A DNA stretch of 39,689 nt from an uncultured Candidatus Saccharibacteria bacterium (lineage in GTDB: Bacteria; Patescibacteriota; Minisyncoccia; Minisyncoccales; JANBVM01), in contig CAZJSP010000002.1 in NCBI GenBank assembly GCA_964548875.1, positions 1-39,689 of the forward strand. Reading direction: 5' to 3'. Both the position numbers and the translations under genes were made by a program. Below the pieces are notes generated by a model that saw only the letters and a list, made by a program, of their open reading frames with translations, did no database searches and was not told the DNA's origin. Positions within the stretch are counted from its first letter, which is position 1, and the number at the start of each line of letters is the position of its first letter. Shown here in pieces: positions 1-8,735 of this stretch.

Positions 1-1
1 A

Positions 2-3000
2 AAAGAAGCAATAAAAAAGGAAGAAAGACCAAAAGAAGACAATAAAACCCATACAGAGATTACCAGACAAGAAGCTGAGAAAGAAATCTTAAAAAGCACC
101 GAAACAAACGAAAATAATACTATTAAACCAGAAAAAAAAGAAATGTCCTTAGAGGAAATAAAAGAGGCCTTAAGGGAAATAGAAAAAGAAGTAAAAATAT
201 TAGCTCAAAAAACAATTAAAGATAAAAGCTTGGAGGAAAGAGAAAAAACAATAGAGCTTGCTTATCAAGAAGAAAAATCAAAAGAAATTATAAAAGACGA
301 AGAACAAGAGGTCTCAGAGAAAACATTCAAGCTTTGTTCAACAGAAGAACATACTTCCTCCAATCAAAAATCTATTATTTTTAATGAAATAGCTTGGATG
401 GGCACAAAACAATCTTATAATGATGAATGGATAGAATTAAAAAATATTTCCAACAATAATATTAATCTTAAAAACTGGCAAATACTTAATAAAGAAAACA
501 AAATTCAAATAATAATAGAAGGAGATATTACCCTAAAGCCAAACGGACTTTTACTTTTAGAAAGAACTGATGATAATACGGTGCCTAATATAGAAGCTGA
601 CATAATTTATAAAGGATCTATGAAAAATTCAAACGAATCTTTATTAATTTTTAATGAAGAATGTGTTCTTCAAGATATTGTCTCTGCTGATTCAAGATGG
701 TCAGAAGGAGATAACACATCTAAAAGAACAATGGAAAGAAAAAACAATTTAGGATGGCAAACAAGTAGCATTATTGAAGGAACCCCTAAAGAAAAAAACT
801 CCTCTGGGCATAAAACTTCTTCTACTTCTTTTTCTAGTCCTTCTTCTAACGCCAGTTCTAACCCAAGCACAAATTCTGATTTCCAAGAAGAAATCATAGA
901 ATTAGACATATTAATAACTGAGGTACAAATAGAAAACGATTCAAGTATTGATAATGATTTTATTGAAATATATAATAATTCCTCCACAACTGCAAATATA
1001 GGCGGCTGTCAAATTAAAAAAAGAAATAGTAGCGGCACAGAATATTCAATTATTTCATTTAATCAAGGCGCTATCATTCTTCCAAATAACTATTTCGTTT
1101 GGGCAAACTCTAATTTTCATGAAATTCAAGCTAATGCAACAAGAACTGCAACTATTGCCAAAAATAACAGTATTGCTTTTTTTGATCAAAACGAAAATAT
1201 AATTGATGCGGTTGGTTGGGCCACAAGTACAAATCCCTTTGTAGAGGGTAGTTTATTTCCAGAAAACCCTAATAAAACCGAAAATTTAAGCAGAAAATAT
1301 GCAACTACTACAGGGTCATATATTGACACAAATAATAACTCAGAAGATTTTGAATTATTACCACCAACACCCGGAGAGAAGAATATTATTACAATAAACG
1401 AAGAGGCAGAGGAAAATAATGATAAAGCGGAGACTGAGACCAATACCGATACTGATGCTGATGCTGATGTTGATGCTGATGCTGATGCTAATGCTAATGC
1501 TGATGCCGAGACGGATGCTGATGTTGATGCTGATGCTGATGCTAATGCTAATGCTGATGCCGAGACGGATGCTGATGTTGATGCTGATACTGGAAATGAC
1601 ACCAATACTGAAGAAGAAGCCGAAAAAAGTAAAATTATTGTTTCTTTTACTTATAATCCAAACAGTCCTGAAGAAAATGAAGAAATATTGTTTGATGCAA
1701 GTTCTTCAACAAGCGCACTAGAAATTATAAATTACAATTGGAATTTTGGAGATGGTTCTACAACAAGCACTAATGAAAAAATAACCACTCATTCTTTTCA
1801 ATCTTCTGGAAATTTTTTAGTTGGATTAACTATTACTGACAATTCAAATACAGCAAGTTCCACTACTAGTACTATTCAAGTTATAGAAGAAATAGAAACA
1901 GCTACTGTCATCATTAATGAAATAGCTTGGATGGGCACAAAAGCCAGTAGTTTTGACGAATGGATAGAATTGCATAATACAACCGACCAAGATATCGACC
2001 TAGAAGGATGGAGTCTAAGTTGGAATGATAATTTGATTGAATTTTCAACTTCTACCGCTAGCACCACAACAATTAAAGCTAATGGTTTTTACTTAATCGA
2101 AAGAACAGATGATGGGCCAACTAGTGTTATTTCTGATTGGAAGGGGTCTTTTGGTTCAGGATTAAATAATAATGGAGAGAAACTAGAATTAAAAAATAAT
2201 TATAATCAAATCATTGATGTTGTTGATTTTTCTGAAGGTTGGCCAGCTGGAGTAGCTAGCCCTCAATACATCTCCATGGAAAGAAAAGGAATAGATAACA
2301 TTTGGGAATCTAATAATTTAATTGTTAAAAATGGTCTTGATATTGAGGAAAATAAAATTAACGGAACACCAAAACAAAAAAATTCTATTATTTATTCTCC
2401 AACACCAATAACAGAAATTTCTTACAGCGAAGGAATATCAGAAATAACGCTGACTAAAGAATATGACCCTTACATAATAAAAAATAACTTATTGGTCCCT
2501 GAAAACAAAATATTAAATATTGAAGATGGAGTAATAGTAAAACTAGAAGAAAATAAGAAAATAACTATACAAGGAGATATAAAAACTCCCAAAACAAGCA
2601 CTGAAAAGATTATTTTTACATCATGGAGAGACAATGAATATGGAGGTGATACTAATGAAGATGAAGAATCATTTGGTCAACTAGGAGATTGGGAGCAAAT
2701 TTATTTTCAAAATAGCCCAAATTCTAATATTCACAATGCAATTATAAGATATGGAGGAAGACTCTATCCAGAAAGTCCCCCCTTTACAGACGAATCTTAT
2801 CTTTCTCCTATTCGAATAAAAAAAGGAGATGTTAGTTTAAAAAATATAACCATAACAGAAGCTCTTTCAAGAGGTATTTGGTTAGAAAATACTTCCTCAA
2901 CATTAGATAATATCAGTTTCTTTAATATAAAAGAATCACATACTACAAGACCACCAACAGGACTATTTGTTCGAGGAGGAAGTCCTCACATCAGAAATTC

Positions 3001-3826
3001 TAGCTTTACTAGCAATGAAATAGGACTAGAGGTTGTTGAGGGTAGTCCTTTAATAGAAAATTGTACTTTTAACGATAATACAGACGGCATTATTATTAAA
3101 AGCGGTGAATCAAAAATAAAAAACAATGAATTTATAAATAACAAAATTCCTATTAAATTAAATATTTCCTCCTCCTCTTTTTTTGAAAATAACATTGTAG
3201 AAAACAACGATTTGAATGGTATATCAATAAACGGACAAGAAATTAATTCTAAAGTGAACTGGTCATCTGACATCCCCTACATTATTCATCAAAACATCGA
3301 AATACGGGAATCAGGGCTTCTCATTATCAGTCCTGGCAATATTGTTAAATTAGATAAAAAAAAGCGCTTCAATATTAATGGAACATTAGAAACTCAAGGA
3401 ACCAAAGAAAAACCCGTTATTTTTACCTGCCTTAAAGATGATAGCGTAGGGGGAGACACCCAAAATGATGGACAATTATCAATCAGTTATTCTGAAGACC
3501 ATTGGGAGGGATTTGCCTTTAATCAATCAGGATCTATTTTAAAAAACAGCATTATTAAATATGGAGGAACAACATTTATGAAAACAATAGGAGCTATTAA
3601 TGTTAATAATGGTGTAGAGGTAAATATTGTTGACTCTATCATTAAGGAAAATAGATGTGCTTTTCTTTTATTACCTCTACCTGGGAAAAATGAAGCAGCC
3701 GTTGCCAGCTACTGTAATAACATAAAAGAAAAATTGGAAAAACTAAAAACAAAAAATAACTTCTGCTCTAATACTTATGACACCTATCCTGCCTGCAGTT
3801 TTACTACTAATCCAGAATGCGAATAA
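2..3826 (+). CDS. Large extracellular/cell-surface multidomain protein (3 lamin-tail-like LTD domains, 1 PKD domain, parallel beta-helix repeats, Cys-rich C-terminus); 5'-partial at the window edge
   Basis: The frame of the track ORF (143..3826) has no stop from nt 2 to the ATG at 143, so the true start is probably upstream of the window. LTD-type motifs: IIFNEIAWMGT..DEWIELKN, LITEV..DFIEIYNNS, VIINEIAWMGT..DEWIELHN. PKD motif: YNWNFGDGSTT..HSF..GNFLVGLTITDN. PbH1-like repeats: NAIIRYGG, NSIIKYGG, NNxIxNN strings. Confidence 0.8.
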   Translation, partial: KEAIKKEERPKEDNKTHTEITRQEAEKEILKSTETNENNTIKPEKKEMSLEEIKEALREIEKEVKILAQKTIKDKSLEEREKTIELAYQEEKSKEIIKDEEQEVSEKTFKLCSTEEHTSSNQKSIIFNEIAWMGTKQSYNDEWIELKNISNNNINLKNWQILNKENKIQIIIEGDITLKPNGLLLLERTDDNTVPNIEADIIYKGSMKNSNESLLIFNEECVLQDIVSADSRWSEGDNTSKRTMERKNNLGWQTSSIIEGTPKEKNSSGHKTSSTSFSSPSSNASSNPSTNSDFQEEIIELDILITEVQIENDSSIDNDFIEIYNNSSTTANIGGCQIKKRNSSGTEYSIISFNQGAIILPNNYFVWANSNFHEIQANATRTATIAKNNSIAFFDQNENIIDAVGWATSTNPFVEGSLFPENPNKTENLSRKYATTTGSYIDTNNNSEDFELLPPTPGEKNIITINEEAEENNDKAETETNTDTDADADVDADADANANADAETDADVDADADANANADAETDADVDADTGNDTNTEEEAEKSKIIVSFTYNPNSPEENEEILFDASSSTSALEIINYNWNFGDGSTTSTNEKITTHSFQSSGNFLVGLTITDNSNTASSTTSTIQVIEEIETATVIINEIAWMGTKASSFDEWIELHNTTDQDIDLEGWSLSWNDNLIEFSTSTASTTTIKANGFYLIERTDDGPTSVISDWKGSFGSGLNNNGEKLELKNNYNQIIDVVDFSEGWPAGVASPQYISMERKGIDNIWESNNLIVKNGLDIEENKINGTPKQKNSIIYSPTPITEISYSEGISEITLTKEYDPYIIKNNLLVPENKILNIEDGVIVKLEENKKITIQGDIKTPKTSTEKIIFTSWRDNEYGGDTNEDEESFGQLGDWEQIYFQNSPNSNIHNAIIRYGGRLYPESPPFTDESYLSPIRIKKGDVSLKNITITEALSRGIWLENTSSTLDNISFFNIKESHTTRPPTGLFVRGGSPHIRNSSFTSNEIGLEVVEGSPLIENCTFNDNTDGIIIKSGESKIKNNEFINNKIPIKLNISSSSFFENNIVENNDLNGISINGQEINSKVNWSSDIPYIIHQNIEIRESGLLIISPGNIVKLDKKKRFNINGTLETQGTKEKPVIFTCLKDDSVGGDTQNDGQLSISYSEDHWEGFAFNQSGSILKNSIIKYGGTTFMKTIGAINVNNGVEVNIVDSIIKENRCAFLLLPLPGKNEAAVASYCNNIKEKLEKLKTKNNFCSNTYDTYPACSFTTNPECE
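1448..1590. repeat. Intragenic tandem repeat: ~2.6 copies of a 54-nt unit, itself built from GAT-GCT/AAT-GCT hexamers, encoding an acidic D/A/N/T linker
   Basis: GCCGAGACG recurs at 1505 and 1559 (period 54). The encoded unit AETDADVDADADANANAD is repeated. The repeat creates the artefactual (ML)n and (SA)n ORFs in other frames. Confidence 0.9.
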
Positions 3827-3864
3827 AAAAAGAAGGAAGCTGGGAGTGAAGCTTCCTAAAAAAA
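3827..3864 (-). terminator. Hairpin with a T-tract on the minus strand; likely intrinsic terminator for minus-strand transcription coming from the clpB operon
   Basis: AGGAAGCT (3834-3841) and AGCTTCCT (3850-3857) form a perfect 8-bp stem with an 8-nt loop. On the minus strand it is followed by TCTTTTTTTA. On the plus strand it is followed by an A-run, so it is not a good terminator for the plus gene. Confidence 0.45.
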
Positions 3865-3949
3865 CAACTGACAACAAAAATTTAAGGACTAATTTCTTTA
3901 TAATCTCCCAGAAAATACATTATTGCAATTTCTTCAACAGAAAATAGCT

Positions 3950-3982
3950 GGAAGGAGGGAAAGAAGAGAGAACCCCCCTACC
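3950..3982 (-). other. GC-rich 10-position hairpin in an AT-rich spacer; possible RNA element or first terminator of the minus-strand operon
   Basis: GGAAGGAGGG (3950-3959) pairs with CCCCCCTACC (3973-3982). Read on the minus strand there are 8 Watson-Crick pairs, 1 G-U wobble and 1 mismatch. On the plus strand the wobble becomes an A-C mismatch, so the fold is better on minus-strand RNA. A TTTT follows 6 nt downstream on the minus strand. Confidence 0.3.
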
Positions 3983-4023
3983 TTAAACCCTTGTTCAGCC
4001 TATAGAAAAATTCTACATTTTTT

Positions 4024-4128
4024 TTAATTATAATACAAGAAAATAATATAAAACCCTATAATGATCACAACTAGAGTTACAAGAAAATCAAAAAAAATAA
4101 AGCTTCCTTTTTCACTTTTCCAATTCAT
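4024..4128 (-). CDS. Unannotated small ORF, 34 aa single-pass membrane peptide (MNWKSEKGSFIFFDFLVTLVVIIIGFYIIFLYYN)
   Basis: Hand translation gives an ATG at 4128, 5 nt downstream of the stop of the 4134..4850 gene, and a TAA at 4024-4026. A charged N-terminus is followed by a ~22-residue hydrophobic segment. A 35-codon open frame is uncommon in such AT-rich spacer. It is below the size cut-off of the ORF track. Confidence 0.3.
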   Translation of the reverse strand: MNWKSEKGSFIFFDFLVTLVVIIIGFYIIFLYYN

Positions 4129-4133
4129 AATAC

Positions 4134-4850
4134 TTAAAAACCTGTAAAGTCTCTTATTTTGTTAACAGGAATAGCAACTATTCTTCCTTCTTTATTGATA
4201 CAGTTAAGACCTAAAAACTGGCCTTCAATATTAAATAAAGGGCTTCCTAATAAAAGCTCTTCTTCCACAATGTTCGTTTCAATTAAATTCTCATTTAAAG
4301 ATCTAATAATTCCCTCATTAACTACTGGACTAATTTCTTCATCAAAAAGAAAAGCATAAAGAAAAACCCTCTCCCCTAACTTTAATTTTTCTTGATTAGC
4401 AAAACTTAAGGTTCTTAGGTTGTCGCCTTCAATTTTAATAAGAGCTAAATTATTAGCCAAATCTCTTTTCAAAACCTGAAAAGAAACAGGCTGACTTTCA
4501 ATATAAAAACTAAAACTAGAACCCAAAGGAATTAATTCTGCTAAAGTAATAGCTATGCCATTAGAGGTTAGAATCAGTCCTGAACCTTCCAAAACTTGGT
4601 TGTCCGGAGTAATCGTTTTAACTCCAATAACTGCTTTTTCAACCCTTTCAATTGATTTTTCTAAAGCAACACTTTCTTGAATATAATATTCTTCTCTTTC
4701 CGTAATATTATAAATAGCCGGTTCTTTCCAATCATATCGGGCAAAAAAAGAATATTGGACTAAAAAAGGCCAAACCAATTGCTGAGCAATCAGCCCTCCT
4801 AAAATAATAACAAATAAAAAACAAATTATTTTTAAAATTTTATTCTTCAT
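4134..4850 (-). CDS. Membrane-anchored trypsin-fold HtrA-like protein without a PDZ domain and with the catalytic triad replaced (pseudoprotease)
   Basis: There is an N-terminal TM helix (ILKIICFLFVIILGGLIA). It aligns with the neighbouring HtrA as follows: GSGLILTSNGIAITLAELI vs GTGFIISKEGIVLTNKHVV; VLKRDLANNLALIKI vs VLARDPIQDIAILKI; LLLGSPLFNIEGQFLGLN vs GNSGGPLLNLDGEVIGIN. Its start overlaps the clpB stop by 4 nt (ATGA). Confidence 0.8.
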   Translation of the reverse strand: MKNKILKIICFLFVIILGGLIAQQLVWPFLVQYSFFARYDWKEPAIYNITEREEYYIQESVALEKSIERVEKAVIGVKTITPDNQVLEGSGLILTSNGIAITLAELIPLGSSFSFYIESQPVSFQVLKRDLANNLALIKIEGDNLRTLSFANQEKLKLGERVFLYAFLFDEEISPVVNEGIIRSLNENLIETNIVEEELLLGSPLFNIEGQFLGLNCINKEGRIVAIPVNKIRDFTGF

Positions 4851-7513
4851 TTCTTTTTATTATTAATCTTAAAGTGAATTTTACCTTTTTTTATGTCAAC
4901 AGTAACCCTTCCCTTAGACTTAACTTCACCAGAAATAATTTCCATAGCCAAAGGGTCTAATATTTTCTTTTGAATTACCCTTTTTAACGGTCTAGCTCCT
5001 AGATTTTGATCAAACCCCTTCTCAGCAACAAATTCCTTAGCCTTTTTATTAACTCGAAGTTTAATGTTTTTAGTAGCTATTCTTTTAATTACCTTGTTAA
5101 TCTCTAAATCAACTATCTTACTAATATCTTTCTTGGTTAAATAATTAAAAATAATAATATCATCAATCCTATTAAGAAATTCTGGCTTAAATCCTTCTCT
5201 CAAAGCAGACATAACCTTCTCTTTTAAATTGTCTTTTTGAGCTTTTTTGTCTTCTCCAACAAAACCCAAGCCAGCCTCTTTAGCAATAATCTCTGAACCA
5301 ACATTAGAGGTCATAATTAAAATAGCATTTTTAAATGAGGCCACCCTTCCTTTTGAATCGGTTAATCTTCCATCTTCAAGAATTTGAAGAAGAAGATTAA
5401 AAACATCAGGATGAGCTTTTTCTATTTCATCTAATAAAACAATAGAATAGGGTCTTCTTCTAATTTGATCTGTTAGTTGAGCGCCCTCATCATGACCAAC
5501 ATAGCCTGGAGGAGAACCAATCATTTTAGAAACATTATGCTTCTCCATATATTCAGACATATCAAATCTAATTAAAGCTTCCCGATCATTAAACAAAAAT
5601 TCAGCCAAGGCTTTAGCTGTTTCTGTTTTACCTACCCCAGTAGGACCTAAAAACATAAAAGAACCTAGTGGTCTACTTTCTTCAGAAATACCGGCTCTGG
5701 CCCTTCTGACAGCGTTAGAAATGGCCTCCAAGGCTTCTTCTTGACCGACAACTCTCTTTTTCAAAATCTTTTCCATTTTCTTTAATTTCTCGATTTCTCC
5801 CTCTAACAATTTAGTAATAGGAATGCCTGTCCACTGAGAAACAACTCTGGCAATGTCTTCGTCTGTAACTTCTCCTTTTAGAATAGACTCTTTTTTCTGA
5901 ATGCGGGCTAATTTATTTTCAGATTTTTTTAACTTTTTCTTTAAATCAGGGATTTCTCCATATTTAATTTTAGCTACTTTTTCTAAATCAGCGTCACTAA
6001 TTGCTCTTTCTGCCTCAAAACGCAAATCTTCAATTTGCTTTTTAATTTCTTTAATTTTAGTAATTAACTCTTTTTCTGTCTGCCATTTTGTTTGAAGGGT
6101 CTTTTCTTCCTCTTTTAAATCGGCTAGTTCTTTTTCTATTTCTTTTTTTCTTTTTTTCTTTCCTTTTTCCTTTTTTATTGCTTCTTTTTCTATTTCTAGT
6201 TTCTTAATTTTTTCTTTTAATTTTTCTATTTCTTGAGGCTCAGACTCTAATTCTAATCTTAAAGCACTCATTGCCTCATCCATTAAATCAACAGCCTTAT
6301 CGGGCAAAAATCGATTAGTAATGTAGCGATGAGCTAATTTAGCACAAGTAATTAAAGCCGAATCTTTAATGTTAACTCCATGATGTAATTCGTATTTTTC
6401 TTTAATTCCTCTTAAAATTAAAACCGTATCTTCAACTGAAGGTTCAGAGATATAGACAGGCTGAAATCTTCTTTCCAAAGCCTGATCTTTTTCAATATAT
6501 TTCTGATATTCTTTTAGGGTAGTTGCTCCTACGGCCTTTAACTCCCCTCTAGCTAAAGCTGGCTTCAAAAGATTAGAGGCGTCAATAGACCCTTCGGCTG
6601 CTCCTGCTCCTACTAAAGTGTGAAGTTCATCAATAAATAATAAATAATGACCTCCTGATTTTTCTAATTCTTTTAACAAAGCCTTAATTCTGTTCTCAAA
6701 TTCACCTCGATATCTTGTTCCGGCCACTAAAGCTCCCAGATCTAAAGCAATTAATTCTTTTCCGGTTAAACTTTCAGGCACTTGTCCAGATACAATTTTC
6801 TGGGCCAATCCTTCAACAATGGCTGTCTTACCAACCCCCGCCTCTCCAATTAAAACAGGATTATTCTTGGTTCTTCTAGAAAGAATCTGCATCAATCTTT
6901 TAATTTCTTTTTCTCTTCCAATAACCGGATCTAACTTTCCTTTTCTGGCAGCAGAAGTAAGATTACGAGCATATTTTTCAACAACTTGATATTTAGATTC
7001 TGGTTTAGGGTCTGTTATTCTCTGATGACCTCTAATTTTAGAAAGCTCCTTAAGAGCAATATCATAATTTAATTTTCCAAAATCAAGAGAGGAGTCATCT
7101 TGTTGAGACTGAATAAAAGTGGCATTATCTAGAACTTCTTTGGCTTTAGTATCAACTTTTAAAAGAGATAAAAACAAATGTTCAATAGAGATATAGTCAT
7201 CTCTCATCTTTGCAGCGCTCTTTTGGGCAAGATTCAAAACTTTAGCCATGTCTTGAGTTAAATAAAGCTGACCAATGGTATTGGGAGTCGAAATTAAGGA
7301 AATATCATCTAAAGATTTAACTGTATCTTCTTTTAATTTATCAATATCAATTCCTATTCTTTCAAGAAGGTTAATAACAATGCTTTCCTCTTGGTTTAAC
7401 AAAGCAAAAAGCAGATGCAAAGCATCAATTTGTTGCTGATTTTTTTCTTTGCTCAACTCTTGAGCCTTTACAATGGCCTCCTGGGCCTTATAAGTAAATT
7501 GTTTTCCGTTCAT
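4847..7513 (-). CDS. clpB: ClpB-type AAA+ disaggregase chaperone
   Basis: 888 aa with a Clp N-domain and two Walker A sites ([16 protein letters not shown]). A long K/E-rich coiled-coil middle domain lies between the NBDs, which is typical of ClpB. Confidence 0.95.
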   Translation of the reverse strand: MNGKQFTYKAQEAIVKAQELSKEKNQQQIDALHLLFALLNQEESIVINLLERIGIDIDKLKEDTVKSLDDISLISTPNTIGQLYLTQDMAKVLNLAQKSAAKMRDDYISIEHLFLSLLKVDTKAKEVLDNATFIQSQQDDSSLDFGKLNYDIALKELSKIRGHQRITDPKPESKYQVVEKYARNLTSAARKGKLDPVIGREKEIKRLMQILSRRTKNNPVLIGEAGVGKTAIVEGLAQKIVSGQVPESLTGKELIALDLGALVAGTRYRGEFENRIKALLKELEKSGGHYLLFIDELHTLVGAGAAEGSIDASNLLKPALARGELKAVGATTLKEYQKYIEKDQALERRFQPVYISEPSVEDTVLILRGIKEKYELHHGVNIKDSALITCAKLAHRYITNRFLPDKAVDLMDEAMSALRLELESEPQEIEKLKEKIKKLEIEKEAIKKEKGKKKRKKEIEKELADLKEEEKTLQTKWQTEKELITKIKEIKKQIEDLRFEAERAISDADLEKVAKIKYGEIPDLKKKLKKSENKLARIQKKESILKGEVTDEDIARVVSQWTGIPITKLLEGEIEKLKKMEKILKKRVVGQEEALEAISNAVRRARAGISEESRPLGSFMFLGPTGVGKTETAKALAEFLFNDREALIRFDMSEYMEKHNVSKMIGSPPGYVGHDEGAQLTDQIRRRPYSIVLLDEIEKAHPDVFNLLLQILEDGRLTDSKGRVASFKNAILIMTSNVGSEIIAKEAGLGFVGEDKKAQKDNLKEKVMSALREGFKPEFLNRIDDIIIFNYLTKKDISKIVDLEINKVIKRIATKNIKLRVNKKAKEFVAEKGFDQNLGARPLKRVIQKKILDPLAMEIISGEVKSKGRVTVDIKKGKIHFKINNKKK

Positions 7514-7514
7514 T

Positions 7515-8735
7515 TTATATTTTTCTTTCTTTTAAGGTGGCTTGAAGATAAATTTCTTCTGAACCTCTTAAAATTTTAAGAGAAACCTCATCTCCAGGCC
7601 TGTATTGCATAATAAGCTCCCCCAAACTATTGTCAACATTAACCGTTATTCCATTCAATTCTAAAATAATATCGCCTCTTTGAATACCTGCTTCATCAGC
7701 GGCTGAACCCGAAACGACAGCCGGCTCTCCTCCCACTCCCCCCTCCACTAAAGCTCCATAATCAACAGGTAAATTGTTTAATTTTTGAACTGTTGCATCA
7801 ATTTCAATATAGCGAACCCCTAAGAAAGGATAAATAATTTCACCTGTTTTTTTTATTTGATTTACGTCTCTTTTTGCTTGATTAATAGGAACAGCAAAAG
7901 CTATATTCTGACCCTCAACATCAATAGCAGTATTAATCCCAATTACCTCTCCATCTAAATTCAATAATGGTCCTCCTGAATTCCCCTTATTAATAGCTGT
8001 GTCTGATTGAATAACATCTTTTAAAACCTGATAATAATTGCTACCTGAGGCCCTAATTGTTCTCCCCAACCCTGAAACGACCCCAACTGAAACAGTATTT
8101 TGATAGGCCCCTAAAGCATTACCAATAGCCACCACTGTCTGACCAACTTTAATTTTGTCCGAATCTCCTAATCCAACTTCTGGAAAAACAACATTTTCAT
8201 CTGCCTGAATTTTTAATATGGCAATATCCTGAATAGGATCTCTAGCCAAAACCTTAGCTGAATATTCTGCACCACTAACATCTATAATGCTATAACTAGC
8301 ATCTTCATCAATAACAACATGCTTATTAGTCAAAACTATTCCTTCTTTTGAAATAATAAAACCAGTTCCTTCTCCAACAACCTGCTCTTCCGTCCCATCT
8401 GGAGAATAAGAGGGGAAGAGTCCTCGATTATCAAGACTATAAACGGTAACCTCTTTAGTCGCCACAACATTAACCACGGCAGGAGAAACTTCTTTAACAA
8501 TTTTTACAATTTTCTCTTCTTGGGATAACGATCTAGGAGATGGAGACAATTCAAATTCTTCATCTAAAAGACGATCAAGACTCTTCTCTATTTGACCATA
8601 AAAAATACTACTAGCAATAATTCCGCTTAAAAAACCGGCAATAACAGCTACAGTCAAAAGACCAAAAATATTGTCCTTCCATTTCCTCTTCTTAATCTTT
8701 ATTTTTTTAAATTCTGGTAAATTATAATTAATCAT
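7515..8735 (-). CDS. htrA: HtrA/DegP-family serine protease with an N-terminal membrane anchor and one PDZ domain
   Basis: The catalytic motifs are intact: TNKHVV (His), DIAILKI (Asp), GNSGGPL (Ser). A C-terminal PDZ-like segment is present (GALVEGG..GIQRGDIILELNG). Confidence 0.93.
   Translation of the reverse strand: MINYNLPEFKKIKIKKRKWKDNIFGLLTVAVIAGFLSGIIASSIFYGQIEKSLDRLLDEEFELSPSPRSLSQEEKIVKIVKEVSPAVVNVVATKEVTVYSLDNRGLFPSYSPDGTEEQVVGEGTGFIISKEGIVLTNKHVVIDEDASYSIIDVSGAEYSAKVLARDPIQDIAILKIQADENVVFPEVGLGDSDKIKVGQTVVAIGNALGAYQNTVSVGVVSGLGRTIRASGSNYYQVLKDVIQSDTAINKGNSGGPLLNLDGEVIGINTAIDVEGQNIAFAVPINQAKRDVNQIKKTGEIIYPFLGVRYIEIDATVQKLNNLPVDYGALVEGGVGGEPAVVSGSAADEAGIQRGDIILELNGITVNVDNSLGELIMQYRPGDEVSLKILRGSEEIYLQATLKERKI

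Noticed and set aside
1186-1721. Track ORFs 1186..1605 (-) and 1419..1721 (+), with (SA)n and (ML)n sequences.
   Set aside because: They are alternative-frame or antisense readings of the GATGCT-based tandem repeat inside the giant gene, so they are low-complexity artefacts.
670-3273. Antisense track ORFs 670..987, 1876..2067 and 2986..3273 within the giant gene.
   Set aside because: They are short and lack motifs, and they lie entirely inside a long ORF with clear domain signatures on the other strand.
3827-4023. SRP RNA or another known small RNA in the spacer, suggested by the GGAAGGA-type purine strings.
   Set aside because: The conserved SRP domain IV sequence and tetraloop context are absent, and I could not fold a convincing known-family structure by eye. 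Only generic hairpins are reported.
4024-4128. Prepilin-like class III signal in the small ORF (KGSFIFFD resembles KGFTLIE).
   Set aside because: It lacks the conserved Glu at +5, and 34 aa is far too short for a pilin. It is treated simply as a small TM peptide candidate.
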